A stretch of 64,000 bases of DNA, taken from positions 99,138,001-99,202,000 of the forward strand of contig OZ024744.1 in the NCBI GenBank assembly GCA_964016885.1, in the 5' to 3' direction. The DNA comes from Eledone cirrhosa. Taxonomy: Eukaryota. The notes under the pieces were generated by a model. That model had not been told where the DNA came from. It was given only the letters and a program-made list of their open reading frames with translations, and searched no databases. Shown here piece after piece: positions 12,901-24,472 of this stretch; within the stretch, counting starts at the first letter, position 1; every line of letters starts with the position of its first letter. The position numbers and the translations under genes are program-made.

Positions 12901-13587
12901 GACGACAGCTGTATAACAAAGTGCAGGGCAATAAAGATAGACGGTAGCCACGGAGTAGGCAGACCCAGAAAAACATGGGACGAGCTGATAAATTCCGACC
13001 TCAGACGCTTACACCTCTCCAAGACAATGTCACTGGACCGAGACCTTTGGCGGTACTCAGTAATAGAGAAGACCCGCCTTACCTAAATACAAAGTAAAAA
13101 CCTACTACAGTCAGTAGGCATCTCTATCAACCCCCCCCCCGTCCCACCACCTCCACCCCATCCACACCGCACCTTTCAATGTAAAGTTATGTTGGTCCCA
13201 CAACATCCAGGCCGAAACAAATGAGATCGTGTAGGTGTCACGACAAAAAAACACACAGTCCACGCTGTAAATGTGGCCGTGTAGGCAACACGGTAAAAAC
13301 CTCCCAGCCCCACACTGTAAATGTGGTTGGTGTTAGGAAGGGCATCCAGCTGTAGAAAACCCGCCAGACAGTCCACACTGTAATGTGACCGTGTAGGCAA
13401 CACGGTAAAAACCTCCCAGCCCCACACTGTAAATGTGGTTGGTGTTAGGAAGGGCATCCAACTGTAGAAAACCCGCCAGACAGTCCTATGCGAGCAAGAC
13501 AACCACTCTTGCCTCAAGTGGGAAAACCCCCGTCCAAACCCATGCAAGCATGGAACACGGACGCTAAACCTGATGATGATGATGATA
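9959..13587 (+). mobile_element. RTE-clade LINE, near full length, possibly 5'-UTR truncated
   Basis: Uninterrupted ORF, a 3' UTR with a ~115-bp tandem duplication (13255-13486), and a (GAT)n tail. Confidence 0.95.
9988..13086 (+). CDS. RTE LINE polyprotein: AP endonuclease + reverse transcriptase + PHD-like Zn finger insert
   Basis: APE motifs TMNVGTL, CIQETRW, SAYAPQ, GDLNGH, VDYIL, SQHR. RT motifs NYRGIKL, QFGF, FVDLEKAFD, GVHQGSVLSPLLF, YADD. Insert CSVC..C.KC..WVH.RC..CGRC. RTE C-terminus RRLRWYGHV..GRPRKTW. Confidence 0.95.
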   Translation: MANITPPPAPHRSHPPNAIQNFRVGTMNVGTLKGRSNEVVEMLERKEVDVCCIQETRWRGGSARFIVGKERCYKLFWVGNDNGLGGVGIMVAEKWADKIIDVNRVNDRIIKIRLVLNKTTVTVISAYAPQSGLPGAIKDRFYETLMLATSQITDSDYIVIAGDLNGHVGQHCDGYDGIHGGYGFGTRNEEGSRILEFCDANNLTICNTNFKKRDNHLITYRSGEHTSQVDYILTRRRDRVSVVNTKSLPHEEFTSQHRLIIRDLIVRTRRTRQRKRTILRRKIWKLKDPIARNKFQSILLDAFDSKEEQLELYNIEEQWEFLRANLLTAADEVCGWSRPVGRRRVTWWWNSKVEESIKAKKQAWKAWRHGGSREDYQVARREARRQVYFARREAEERKFKHVLQREDQKREVFRIARQCVKENRDIVGEKCVLNDDGILAITDADKKVAWKCHYERLLNEENKWEKDSLPHIDPIEGPAVLVQGSTISKAIKDMKTGKAAGPSEIVAEMLKASGSVGHTMVTRIVNQVVQNGVVPKDWRSSIIVNCYKGKGDALDRSNYRGIKLIDQVMKVTEKVIAQLIRERIDLDEMQFGFVSGKSTTDALFIVRQLQEKYLAKSKPLYLAFVDLEKAFDRVPRSIIWWSLRKLGVDEWLVRAIQAMYKETVSKVRINNEYSEEFSVKVGVHQGSVLSPLLFIIALQAITEEFKTGCPWELLYADDLTLIAESMTELEKKFQTWKHGLESKGLKINLAKTKVLVCRKENKAAVPSGKWPCSVCRKGVGRNSILCPKCKVWVHKRCSGITGKLTKNIDFTCGRCSGAISSSKCPQNTSSFNCAKGSIEIVDSFRYLGDKISSGGGCSESTVARVRTGWKKFRELIPLLAARGFSLKMKGRLYDACIRTAMLHGSETWALCAEDIRRLERNEACMLRWMCNSNIRERQSINELRKKLEIRGIRCCLLERRLRWYGHVMRMKDDSCITKCRAIKIDGSHGVGRPRKTWDELINSDLRRLHLSKTMSLDRDLWRYSVIEKTRLT

Positions 13588-13739
13588 TATTTAAACACAC
13601 ATACATATATATATATATTTATATTACATTCTATTTTTTTATATTCTTTTTTATGTATTATTTTTATTATATTTTATCATGATATATATATATATATACA
13701 ATATTAACAAATGGAAACTATATTTATAAAACCATATTT

Positions 13740-13802
13740 ATTTCATTATACATATTTCAAGGACACCAAGTTAAATTATGGTGTGCTTTCATCAGATAAA
13801 AT
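13740..13802 (-). ncRNA. Type I hammerhead
   Basis: Inverted copy of 13881-13943. Confidence 0.75.
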
Positions 13803-13880
13803 ATAATATAGATCAGTTTTATAAATAAATATTGACATACCCTTAAAAAATGCAACCATTACTGTTGGAAGCTCCCGGAT

Positions 13881-13943
13881 ATTTTGTCTGATGAAAGCAC
13901 ACCATAATTTAACTTGGTGTCCTTGAAATATGTATAATGAAAT
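13881..13943 (+). ncRNA. Type I hammerhead (short stem III)
   Basis: attttgt-CTGATGA-aag.acacc..ggtgt.ctt-GAAA-tatgta-TA-atgaaat. Confidence 0.8.
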
Positions 13944-14692
13944 AAATATGGTTTTATAAATATAGTTTCCATTTGTTAATATCGTATTTTTACTCTAAAT
14001 ATTTGTTGAGTGCTTTATATCAGTTATAAAAATATTTGCTTGTTTGAATCCCAACAAATTAAATAGAACTTTTACATATATATATATATTTTTTTTTGAA
14101 ATGTATTCATCCATTTTATAAGCAGGATTCATGTAACATTATACAGGTTTTTTTTTTAGGCCAATGCTCTAACCACTAAGCCATGTGCTTATATATATAT
14201 ATATATTTTTTTTTTTTTAAAATGTATTCATCCATTTTATAAACAGGATTCATGTAAGATTATACAGGTTTTTTTTTTAGTGTGTGTTATATCTAATATA
14301 TTTATAGGAATAAATCTCTTTCCATATTGTTCTACAATCATTAATTTATAGCCAGGAACCAATGCAGAACACTGCAACACAGAAAACACATACACAAAGA
14401 AAAAAAAAAAAAAAAAAAAAAGATGGAAAAGTATTAGTTGACAACACAAACAGTTTATATAGAATTCCACTACAAATAAGATTCACAATGAAAACTTTAT
14501 TAACAGCAAAAAATACAAACCAAAAATATCATGCAGACATGGTATTCTTGTATTAGACAAAGAATGGTTACTGGTTGATGAAAATAACTAGGAATTAAAA
14601 GTTAAAATTTGAAATTTTGGTTATTGCAGTATCAGCAATAACAGCATTGTTTAGTCGAAACCCATGTAAGCTTGGAATAACGGGGTGTAAAT

Positions 14693-14770
14693 TGGTGATG
14701 ATGGTGATGGTGATGATGATGGTGATGGTGATGGTGATGATGATGGTGATGGTGGTGGTGGTGGTGATGG

Positions 14771-14826
<56 letters not shown>

Positions 14827-14926
14827 ATGATGGTGATGGTGATGATGGTGGTGATGGTGATGGTGATGGTGATGGTGATGGTGGTGGTGGTGATGATGGT
14901 GATGATGGTGATGATGGTGATGATGG

Positions 14927-14957
<31 letters not shown>

Positions 14958-15640
14958 GGTGGTGGTGGTGATGATGATGATGATGGTGATGACGGTGGTG
15001 GTGGTGGTGAGGATGATGATGATGATGATGATGGTGATGGTAGTGGTGGTGATGATGGTGGTGGTGGTGGTGGTGGTGGTGATGATGATGATGGTGGTGG
15101 TGGTGGTGATGGTGATGATGGTGATGATGGTGATGATGGTGGTGGTGGTGGTGGTGATGATGATGATGATGGTGATGACGGTGGTGGTAATGGTGAGGAT
15201 GATGATGATGATGATGATGATTATGGTGATGATGGTGATGATGATGATGGTGACGATGATGATGATGATGGTGATGGTGGTGGTGGTGGTGATGGTGGTG
15301 GTGGTGATGATGATGATGGTGGTGGTGATGATGATGATGATGGTGATGATGGTGGTGGTGATGATGATGACGATGATGGTGATGATTATGATAGTGATGA
15401 TGGAGATGATGATGGTGATGATGATGATGATGGTAATGATGGTGATGGTGGTGATGATGGTGATGGTAATGATGGTGATGGTGGTGGTGGTGGTGATGGT
15501 GGTGGTGGTGGTGATGATGTTGATGATGGTGATGATGATGATTATGGTGATGATAATGATGATGATTATGGCGATGATTATGATAGTGATAATGGAGATG
15601 ATGATGGTGGTGATGATGATGATGGTAATGATGGTGATGG

Positions 15641-15686
<46 letters not shown>

Positions 15687-15689
15687 GAT
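14693..15689. repeat. (ATG/GTG)n trinucleotide repeat
   Basis: Direct inspection. Confidence 0.95.
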
Positions 15690-15847
15690 CCCAGTTACTC
15701 ACTATAAAGTTCCCATAAAATCCAGTTCATCCAGATGATAAGACTAAGCTCTAGAAACATCGAGAGAGATATAAGGATTTTCATTGTTCCAAACTAAACA
15801 AAGAACAAATGAGGATATATGGGAAAGTCCTTAATGTGTGTTAATTT

Positions 15848-16436
15848 TAACTCTTTAGCATTTAAACCAGCCATATCTGGCCAGTATTCTCTCACCTCTG
15901 GCTGTAACTGGTCACTCATACTGATATTAAGGTATTGTTCTCAAAATAAATGATATCAAAATCTCATAGATTCGATATTATGTGAGATAAAGCCTTTTCC
16001 ATGAAAATACAATAGTGTATATAGACTAATGTAAATGCTAAAGGATTAAACCGGCCATATCCGGCCAGATTTCTCTCACCTTTTTCTGTTTAAACCGGCT
16101 GTAACTGGCCACTTATACTGATATTAAGGTATTGTTCTCAAAATAAATAATATCAAAATCTCTTAGATTTGATATTATGTGAGATAAAATCTTTACTGTT
16201 AAAATATAATTGTTTCTACTTTAGGCACAAGGCCAGCAATTTTCAGTGCATTACTGGTACTTTATTTTATTGACCCCGTAAGGATGAAAGGCAAAATCAA
16301 CCTCGGCGGGATTTGAACTCAGATCGTAAAGGGACGTAACTATGCTGGAAAGCATGGCGTCCGACCCTCTACCGATACTGCCAATCCGTTAAAATATAAT
16401 AGTAAATATAGAGTAATGTAAATGTTAAAGGGTTAA
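15848..16436. mobile_element. TTAA-flanked MITE (piggyBac-like), partially tandem-duplicated, second copy interrupted by a SINE
   Basis: Ends ttaa-ctctttagcatt and aatgttaaaggg-ttaa; internal 15864-16050 is repeated from 16047. Confidence 0.6.
16211..16387 (-). mobile_element. tRNA-derived SINE (OK-like)
   Basis: gagttcaaatcccgccgagg B-box and ctttcatccttacgggg core; 13-bp TSD gttaaaatataat (16198-16210, 16388-16400). Confidence 0.85.
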
Positions 16437-17394
16437 GGAAATCTAGCAAGACCAAGACTTCTGAATGGTATTAATAACTGGTTAGTGCAAGGTGAATTGA
16501 AGGGACTGTTGTATTCTAAAGATAATACAATAGCTTGGCAATGCTCATACCTGATAGCATAGTCTGATTTGAAAAAAAAGTCTTTCTAATTGTTGAGAAA
16601 TGAATGCAGAATGCTCACATGAAAGAAAGAATTTAAAATATGAAGGACATAGTTTATCAAGAGAGTTACAAAGATGACTGCAGGAGAAGTCGTATGTCAT
16701 AAATACACACTGTCATATCAGGCTGGCATTGAACTTAGAAAAATATAGCTGAACAAAGAATGATTCAACATGTATATAGCAGAGATAAGAGAAAAAAAGA
16801 CCAAAGCTAAGAGTGAAGAACAAATTCTCAGCAGATAGGGAAGCAATAGTAACTGTCTTGTTGTGGTTTATGATCTGACTCCCTATGTTACAAAGATAAC
16901 TGTAGCTTACCATAATTGTATTTTTATTGAAGACCTTACTTTAACAGTGCAAAGTGGAGAAATGTTTCTGTGGGGCTAGGGAGGTGGATGCGCAGGGGGA
17001 GTCTTGCAGGAGGTGTGAGGCCAGTGACGCCATGTCGGAGGAATTGTGAGTTATATTTCCCTCTCGGTCACTGAGCAACGATTGAGTGTAAGTGAGTGTG
17101 TGAGTTTTGCTATGTTCTCTGGCCAGGTGCAAAGTTTTGCTATGTTCTCTGGCCATCATGCAGATGGAGTGGGTCCTGATACGTATGTCCCTTCACTTCT
17201 TACAACAGTTTCCTCACCTAATCATATTAATGGAGATGTTTAAGTTATTAGGGGAATTGAACCATGTAACCGTCAGTCCTGAGTCAACTGTGTCTAGTAA
17301 AAGGGGGTTTAATGTAATGTATCTTCCCATAACTATCATGACTAGAGACAGTATTACAATTTAAATATACTTGCAGGTGATCCCTTATGGTAAA

Positions 17395-18145
17395 GGATCA
17401 AGGCCAGAAATCCTTATATCGACTGTTTAGACAATGGCTGCACTAACCAATCTCAAGCCAATATGGAGAGATAGAAACATCCCCATGTAAAACAAGATCA
17501 AAATCCTGCATGCACTGGTACTTTCTATATTTTGGTATGCATGCAAAACATGGACCCTCAATACAGAAATATAGAGAAAGATGCAGGCACTAGAAATGAG
17601 ATGTTACTACAACATATAGGTATGTTATATGTAGATTAAGCTTTGTAAGCCTCCTTCTTTGCTCAGATAGCATCTTTGACCTCATGATTGAACTGTTCTC
17701 CTGTCATCCAGCACTACACCAAACCTCTTTTACCCACAGCATTTAACAACTGAAGCAGAAACTTCTGAGCTGAACAATCTCCACTGAGCTGAACAATCTC
17801 CACTCTGCCTCAATATCCTTAATTTGCTCAGGGAATTCTCTGAATTTGGATGCAATAGTATCTGACTTCTTTATCCACCAAAGCTTCCCACTTTATGCAG
17901 TATGTCACCCTGGGCCTGCCAGTTTTGTGGGCTTCTTTGGCTTTAGGTAGTCTCAAGTTACAGATAACTAGATGGTTATCAGTTGACAGCTCAGGCCTCA
18001 CTTAACACGAACATCCAGCACGAAATCAAAGAGATTAGAGACAATAATATCACATACAATACAGACCTTCACTACAGAAATATAGAGAAAGATACAGACT
18101 AGAAATGAGATGTTACTACAACATATTGGGTATGTCATATATACA
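17395..18145 (+). mobile_element. Decayed RTE (BovB-like) fragment with an inserted segment and a ~70-bp duplication
   Basis: LKPIWRDRNI..KIKILHALVLSIFWYACKTWTL..EMRCY; 17563-17633 is repeated at about 18074-18143. Confidence 0.65.
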
Positions 18146-18295
18146 AGTTAACTACTTCACTACCATCATAGCTACACATAGAAACATCAAAATATTAATT
18201 TCCATTTCCATGCTTCTCAACCAAAAAGAATCCTTATTGTATTGCAGCTATTTCTTTGCATTCAGAAAAATGCCACTATCATTGCCAATAATGGT

Positions 18296-18470
18296 GGTAT
18301 AAGGTGATGAATTGGCAGAATCGTTAGAACGTCAGATAAAATACTTTGTGGAATATGTTCCAATTATCTGCTCTCTGAGTTCAAATCCTGTCAAAGTCAA
18401 CTTTGTCTTTCATCCTTATGAGATCGATGAAAAAAAAGTACCAGCCCAATCCAGCATTGGGGTCAATTTT
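18296..18470 (+). mobile_element. Old OK-like SINE
   Basis: ttggcagaatcgttaga...gagttcaaatcc...ctttcatcc. Confidence 0.7.
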
Positions 18471-19019
18471 CCCTCTATATCTCTTTCTCACTTTCTCTTT
18501 ATCTTTCCCCTTCTCTGGAAGAAATCGGCTGTGTTCAGACCTGGAGAGCAGATGGGTTCTGCCACATTTAAAATGCCCCAAAGATGCCGCATGTTATTAT
18601 GGCACACCCACGACTCCATCAAGAGTTACGGGTAGTGTAGCTTTTACTGAATTCCAGAAAATGGAGGAGATAAAGTCTCTAGATAGAGGAAGTAAAATCT
18701 CTAGTGGAGGGAGGTGAAATATCATAACTTATAGAAGACTTGCAAATGTTGTTAAAAATGTTGTTAAAATCACTCAATGACAAGGTTATTGCAATTCCAT
18801 TGCTCCAATCCTAGTATTCATAGTATCTAATGTAATTTTACAAAATCTATTTAATTTCATGGGGTTAATTAGACTACACTTGAGATTCGCTACAAGTTTT
18901 TCCCTGATATCTTTGGGTAAAAATTATGTTCAACATGTGTTGAGTACTTTACTTGTTCTACTATTTTTACCTGTGTCTCTAAGCTGTTTGCCTCATTGTT
19001 GATTTCCTGCTAAATGTTG

Positions 19020-19262
19020 CAGCTGGTCTTTTTGTAAATTCTCAAGCCTGAAAGCTCATTAAGCCAGTGTTTATCCAGTTTTGTGGTGTGAAGTGACTGA
19101 GAGTACAAGACTCCTCCCTGGACAGGACGCCAGTCCATCGCAGGGTTAAACACCCAGCTATTGCTGATACTTAGTTTCAGCTGAATATACTGGAGCAACA
19201 TGAAATGAGGGGTTTTGCTCAAGAACAAAACACACAACCCAGCCCAGGAATCGAATCCACTG
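19020..19262 (-). mobile_element. Old OR-like SINE fragment
   Basis: ttgctcaagaacaaaacac...ggaatcgaatcc; ggacgccagtccatcgcagggt. Confidence 0.6.
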
Positions 19263-19767
19263 GTTTAGGTGTTTATAATATTTATAATGTTAATGCTATA
19301 AAATGGTTGGTGAGAAGAAAGGTACTCACCCATAGAAAGCTTGCCAAACAAAGGTTTGAGAGGACCCTTCAAGTTATGTTAAGGAAATGGCAATTTCCCT
19401 AGTGCTGTTGATCTACACAATAAAAGCACTCAGTACTTGTTGCAAAATGGTTGGTGATAGGAAGGGCATCCAACCATAGAAAGCTTGCCAAACAAGATGT
19501 TAGGATGACCCTTTAGTTTGTGTCAAGGACATGACAAACTCCCTAGTGCTGGTGATCTACACTATAAAGTGGGTGGTGATAGGAAGGGCATCCAACCATA
19601 GAAAGCTTGCCAAACAAGATGTTAGGATGACCCTTTAGTTTGTGTCAAGGACATGACAACTTCTCCAGTGCAATTGGTAGAATGTGAGACCATCTGTAAG
19701 CAAGATAACAGACACCCTAGTCTGACTAGGAGAGCTCTGCTTCAGTGGCTCCGCTTCAGTACTGACA

Positions 19768-19805
19768 GCGTGGGAGAGAGGAGAGAGAGAAGAGGGAGGG
19801 GGAGG

Positions 19806-19842
<37 letters not shown>

Positions 19843-19994
19843 GGTTAGAGGGGAAGGCGTGGGAGAGAGGAGAGAAAGAAGAGAGAGAGAAAAGCATGGA
19901 GAGAGGATAGAAAGAAGAGAGAGAGAGAGAAAAGCGTGGGAGAGAGGATAGAAAGAAGAGAGGGAGAGAGAAAAGCGTGGGAGAGAGGAGAGAA

Positions 19995-20052
<58 letters not shown>

Positions 20053-20110
20053 AAAGCGTGGGAGAGAGGAGAGAAAGAAGAGAGAGAAAAGCGTGGGAGA
20101 GCGGAGAGAA

Positions 20111-20158
<48 letters not shown>

Positions 20159-20330
20159 GAGAGAGAGAGGGAGAGAGAGAGCTGGGAAAGCGTGGGAGAG
20201 AGGAGAGAAAGAAGAGAGAGAGAGAGAGAAAAGCGTGGGAGAGAGGAGAGAAAGAAGAGGAGAGAAAGAAGAGAGGGAGACTAAAACAGACGATCTCCCT
20301 CTCTCTACCCTCTCTCTCTCACTCTCTTTA
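19768..20330. repeat. GA-rich minisatellite (aaagcgtgggagagagg motif)
   Basis: Direct inspection. Confidence 0.9.
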
Positions 20331-20484
20331 TTTCTCCTTGCTTTTTCTCCCTCTCTATGAATTTCTTCTTACAAAAATTAATTTTTCTTGGTTATTTTTA
20401 AATGATTATCCAGCCATACAACATATATTTTGGTGCCAACTATCAGCAGAAACCATTGTTTCTTCAGTAAAAACCCTTTATAGA

Positions 20485-20615
20485 GTCTGAGTTCAAATCC
20501 CGTCGAGGTTAACTTTGCCTTTCATCCTTACAGGGTCGATAAAATAAAGTACCAGTAATGTACTGAGGATAATTGCTGGCCTTGTGCCAAAAGTAGAAAC
20601 AATTATTATTATTAT
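20485..20615 (+). mobile_element. OK-like SINE, 5'-truncated
   Basis: Same family as 16211. Confidence 0.8.
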
Positions 20616-20621
20616 TATCAA

Positions 20622-20755
20622 CATCATTCCCTCCATTAGGCATCTACCATACTCTGAACGCCTTGCTTCCCTGGGGCATGGATACATTGAAGCTCTGACG
20701 TCTGGCAGATGACTTGGTAAACACCCACAAAATTGTTAACCATCTTGCCAACAAA
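20622..20755 (+). mobile_element. CR1-like LINE 3' fragment
   Basis: IPSIRHLPYSERLASL..L..RLA.DL motif; homologous to 31395-31690. Confidence 0.7.
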
Positions 20756-21654
20756 CAGAAAAAGATGAATGAATTCCTCCCTGTCTTTCACCAAATATAC
20801 TAATGAAGTAGATCAGTCAGAAAGTCATTTGTCAATCCTTTGTCTTCTAAATTAGTCGGCGCGGCGGGTCGTCTGCGGAAGGAGCCCTGTGCGGTGAGGT
20901 GGATGTTGCAGTGGGTGTTGCTGGCCATTGTCCGCGGGAATGCTTTTGCAGTCTTGTCCATGGGGCAGTCATATTTTAAGTATTAGATTGAAATTTTGAA
21001 TTTGCACTTATGAATTTTCTTCAAGGTTAATTTCCTTCATTGATATTTACTGATTCATGTAAATTAATTATGTGAATCGGCAACACACATGCACACACGC
21101 ACACACACTCACTCCTACACAGACACACTCACAAGTACACACATACTGTCAATCCTTTGTCTTCTAAATTAGTCGGCGCGGCGGGTCGTCTGCGGAAGGA
21201 GCCCTGTGTGCGGTGAGGTGGCTGTTGCAGTGGGTGTTGCTGGCCATTGTCCGCGGGAATGCTTTTGCAGAGTCTTGTCCATGGGGCACAACCCCTCTAC
21301 TGCTGCGCCCTAGGCCCAGAGCCAAACCATCCTCCCACCCTCTCTCCATTCTCCTGTGACACTAAAGTCCTTGTCACCCCTGCCTATGTAAAAAAAAATT
21401 AGATTGAGAAGAATGGAATGAAAAATAGGAAAATATAGAGAAAAAAAAAGAGAAAGAAAGTAAAAACAACCCCATTCCGTTTTTTCTTTCTTTTTCTCTT
21501 TTTTCTCTATATTTTCCTATTTTTCATTTCATTCTTCTCAATCTAAATTTTCTTTTTTTTCTTCTTTTTCTAATAAACTGTATTTACATGATATATTCCA
21601 TAAATAAAATTGTATATAATTTATTTATCCTTCTTCATCTTCTTTGCCCACTTA

Positions 21655-21845
21655 TTCCTGAGAGGGTCGGGGGGGGGGGGGGGGGGGGGGGGGAGGGGGG
21701 CAGAGTCCCCAAACACTCCTTCCAGCAGGTCTTGTCAGAAGCAACCATCTCCAACTGATCTGGCTGGATCCCCAAGCGAGACCAGCCAAGCTCATGGATG
21801 TTATCCAACCATCTTGCATGGGGTCTACTCCTGGGTCTCTTTCTG
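21655..21845 (-). mobile_element. RTE-type LINE C-terminal fragment
   Basis: RPRSRPHARWLDNI..LG...VASDKTCWK. Confidence 0.6.
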
Positions 21846-22052
21846 TAATTTCTGTACTTTCTGTACTTTCTGTACTTTCTGTACTCACTGTAAATGAGGT
21901 TAGCATTAGAAACCAAGCCAGAATCAGTTCTTAGCATTGCCCACAACAGAACAAACCCGTCTAACCCATGATAGCATGGAAGATGGAGATTAAATGATGA
22001 TGATATATAAGAATAACATTAAGAAAGATGCTGATGTTACATAAATCATTTA

Positions 22053-22143
22053 TTCATAATAATTATGCCAACGGTTCTCTTATGCAATCCATGATGTAAT
22101 TTATGCTTTTGTTGCTGTTATGAGAACGGTATCTTCAGATGAA
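22053..22143 (-). ncRNA. Degenerate hammerhead (GAAA->GGCA)
   Basis: ttcat-CTGAAGA-long stem II (accgttctc..gagaaccgt)-ggca-taatta-TT-atgaa. Confidence 0.45.
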
Positions 22144-22356
22144 AATCCTTCATCTCGTGTGCCCGGCTGACATATAAGTTCCTAAAGGGTCTTCCCAGCT
22201 ATAGTGTTTACAATTTGTAAACGGATGCTAGTCCTTCATCAGAAAATAGAATGGGAAATTAAAGAAGAAATAGAAGAAAGATAGAGAAGAGTGAAAAGTT
22301 GCAGAAACGAAAATAAATTATTTGAGAAAAAACAGGTTTATTCACATATATATGTA

Positions 22357-22432
<76 letters not shown>

Positions 22433-22546
22433 TACATATATATGTGAATAAACCTGTATGTAAAAGGTAAACAGAAATAACAACACAATCGGTACAGTAT
22501 ATGGAAGGTATATATTAGGTTAAAGCTTGATATAGCAGGAAGAGGG

Positions 22547-22582
22547 TCTTAACGTTTCGGACGCTAGTCCTTCATCAGAAGA
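22547..22582 (-). ncRNA. Minimal type I hammerhead
   Basis: tctt-CTGATGA-a-ggac(tagc)gtcc-GAAA-c-GTT-aaga; palindromic acgt stem III. Relatives at 22225-22245, 27273-27308 and 55196-55231. Confidence 0.8.
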
Positions 22583-22860
22583 AAGAATTAAAAATAAAAT
22601 AGATTAAGGGGACGGGCGGGATGGAATTGGAAAAAATGTCTTTAGATAAAAATAATAGGTCCATTCATGTTGACATCTTTTGCCAAAAATGCTGGTGCTG
22701 GCGTTTTGTGTATGATTTGTTTTTTTAGAAAAGTGGATGATGGCGCGCATCTACCTGAAAGGGAAAAAAAACGTTTTGTAAAAAGAGCTATACTTGAGCA
22801 CGTGCGTAAGCATGAGTTTGTGTGTGTGTGTGTTATAGGTCCGTACGAAGCTAAGAAGAA

Positions 22861-23514
<654 letters not shown>

Positions 23515-23521
23515 ATATATA

Positions 23522-23935
23522 TATTTATTTAGGTTTGTTGGTTCACCACTGGATAGAACTGGTCATTCCGTATGGTCAACCTCGATGTAATATTATGGAG
23601 AGTACTCAACGTAATGCAACTCACCCCTCTTCGTTTGTGTAGTTGGTGGTGCGAGTACGGAGTTAATTATTATAAGATAACAGGAGGCTGGACTGGTGTA
23701 ATTCCTTAAAAGGTTTATTATACTTGAGGACGGCCGACCGGGGTAGAAGCTGCTAAATGTTCGGCCGCCCTCATGTCTCTGATTTTCAACCCCATAGATT
23801 TTGTTTATTATATTCCTTTGTTATATTTCAAATACCTGATGATGTCAGCGGATTCATACTGAACCCGGTCATTGAAATGATCATAGTATAATAAACCTTT
23901 TAAGGAATCACACCAGTCCAACCTCCTGTTATTTT
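23522..23935 (+). mobile_element. HHR mini-element with inverted arm
   Basis: Inverted repeats 23677-23724 and 23885-23932; GC hairpin 23725-23773; (TA)n flanks. Confidence 0.75.
23832..23889 (+). ncRNA. Type I hammerhead
   Basis: atac-CTGATGA-imperfect stem II-GAAA-tgatca-TA-gtat; palindromic stem III. Confidence 0.7.
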
Positions 23936-23936
23936 A

Positions 23937-23982
<46 letters not shown>

Positions 23983-24214
23983 GTACATGAATATATATAT
24001 ATATAATTTCTATAGACCTTTGACTGAGGAATGTTCTCACAACTGACCAATGGGATGAGAGAGTGTCCTATGACGCCAAAATTTGTTTGTAATTCATATG
24101 ATTCCATTTCCTCACAGAAATAACAATGCAACCAGGAGCTGGACATATCGGAGTATTGACGGAGTAAAACACACTTCAACAACATGTGTACCTGTCTTTC
24201 CCACACCAATTCGG

Positions 24215-24269
24215 ACTACCTGAAGAGGTCACAGTCAATGATGGCTGTCACCGAAATATATATAGCAGT
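24215..24269 (+). ncRNA. Type I hammerhead in TA-flanked element 24005-24421
   Basis: actac-CTGAAGA-ggt.acagtca(atga)tggctgt.acc-GAAA-tatata-TA-gcagt. Confidence 0.7.
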
Positions 24270-24418
24270 ATATCTATAATTTATAACCGAAGTCAAATTT
24301 TACCTATTTGACTTAATTATTTTACATTACTCCGGAGTAACCAAACCAACCTGCGCACTTCGTCGAGTGCTCCAATCTGCATCCTGAGGTGTTGGTAAAC
24401 AACCAACATATACTCAAA

Positions 24419-24469
<51 letters not shown>

Positions 24470-24472
<3 letters not shown>

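Larger units (their letters stand above)
13699..14076. mobile_element. Non-coding fold-back element with two opposite HHRs
   Basis: 104-bp inverted arms 13701-13804 and 13879-13982 (1 mismatch), 74-bp spacer, 3' tail, flanked by (TA)n. Confidence 0.85.

Noticed and set aside
14617-15738. Poly-His and poly-Met/Val ORFs
   Set aside because: Pure ATG/GTG repeat with no unique coding flanks.
16905-17360. Possible host exon (unique-looking sequence, splice-like motifs)
   Set aside because: No recognisable protein, stops in candidate frames and no partner exons.
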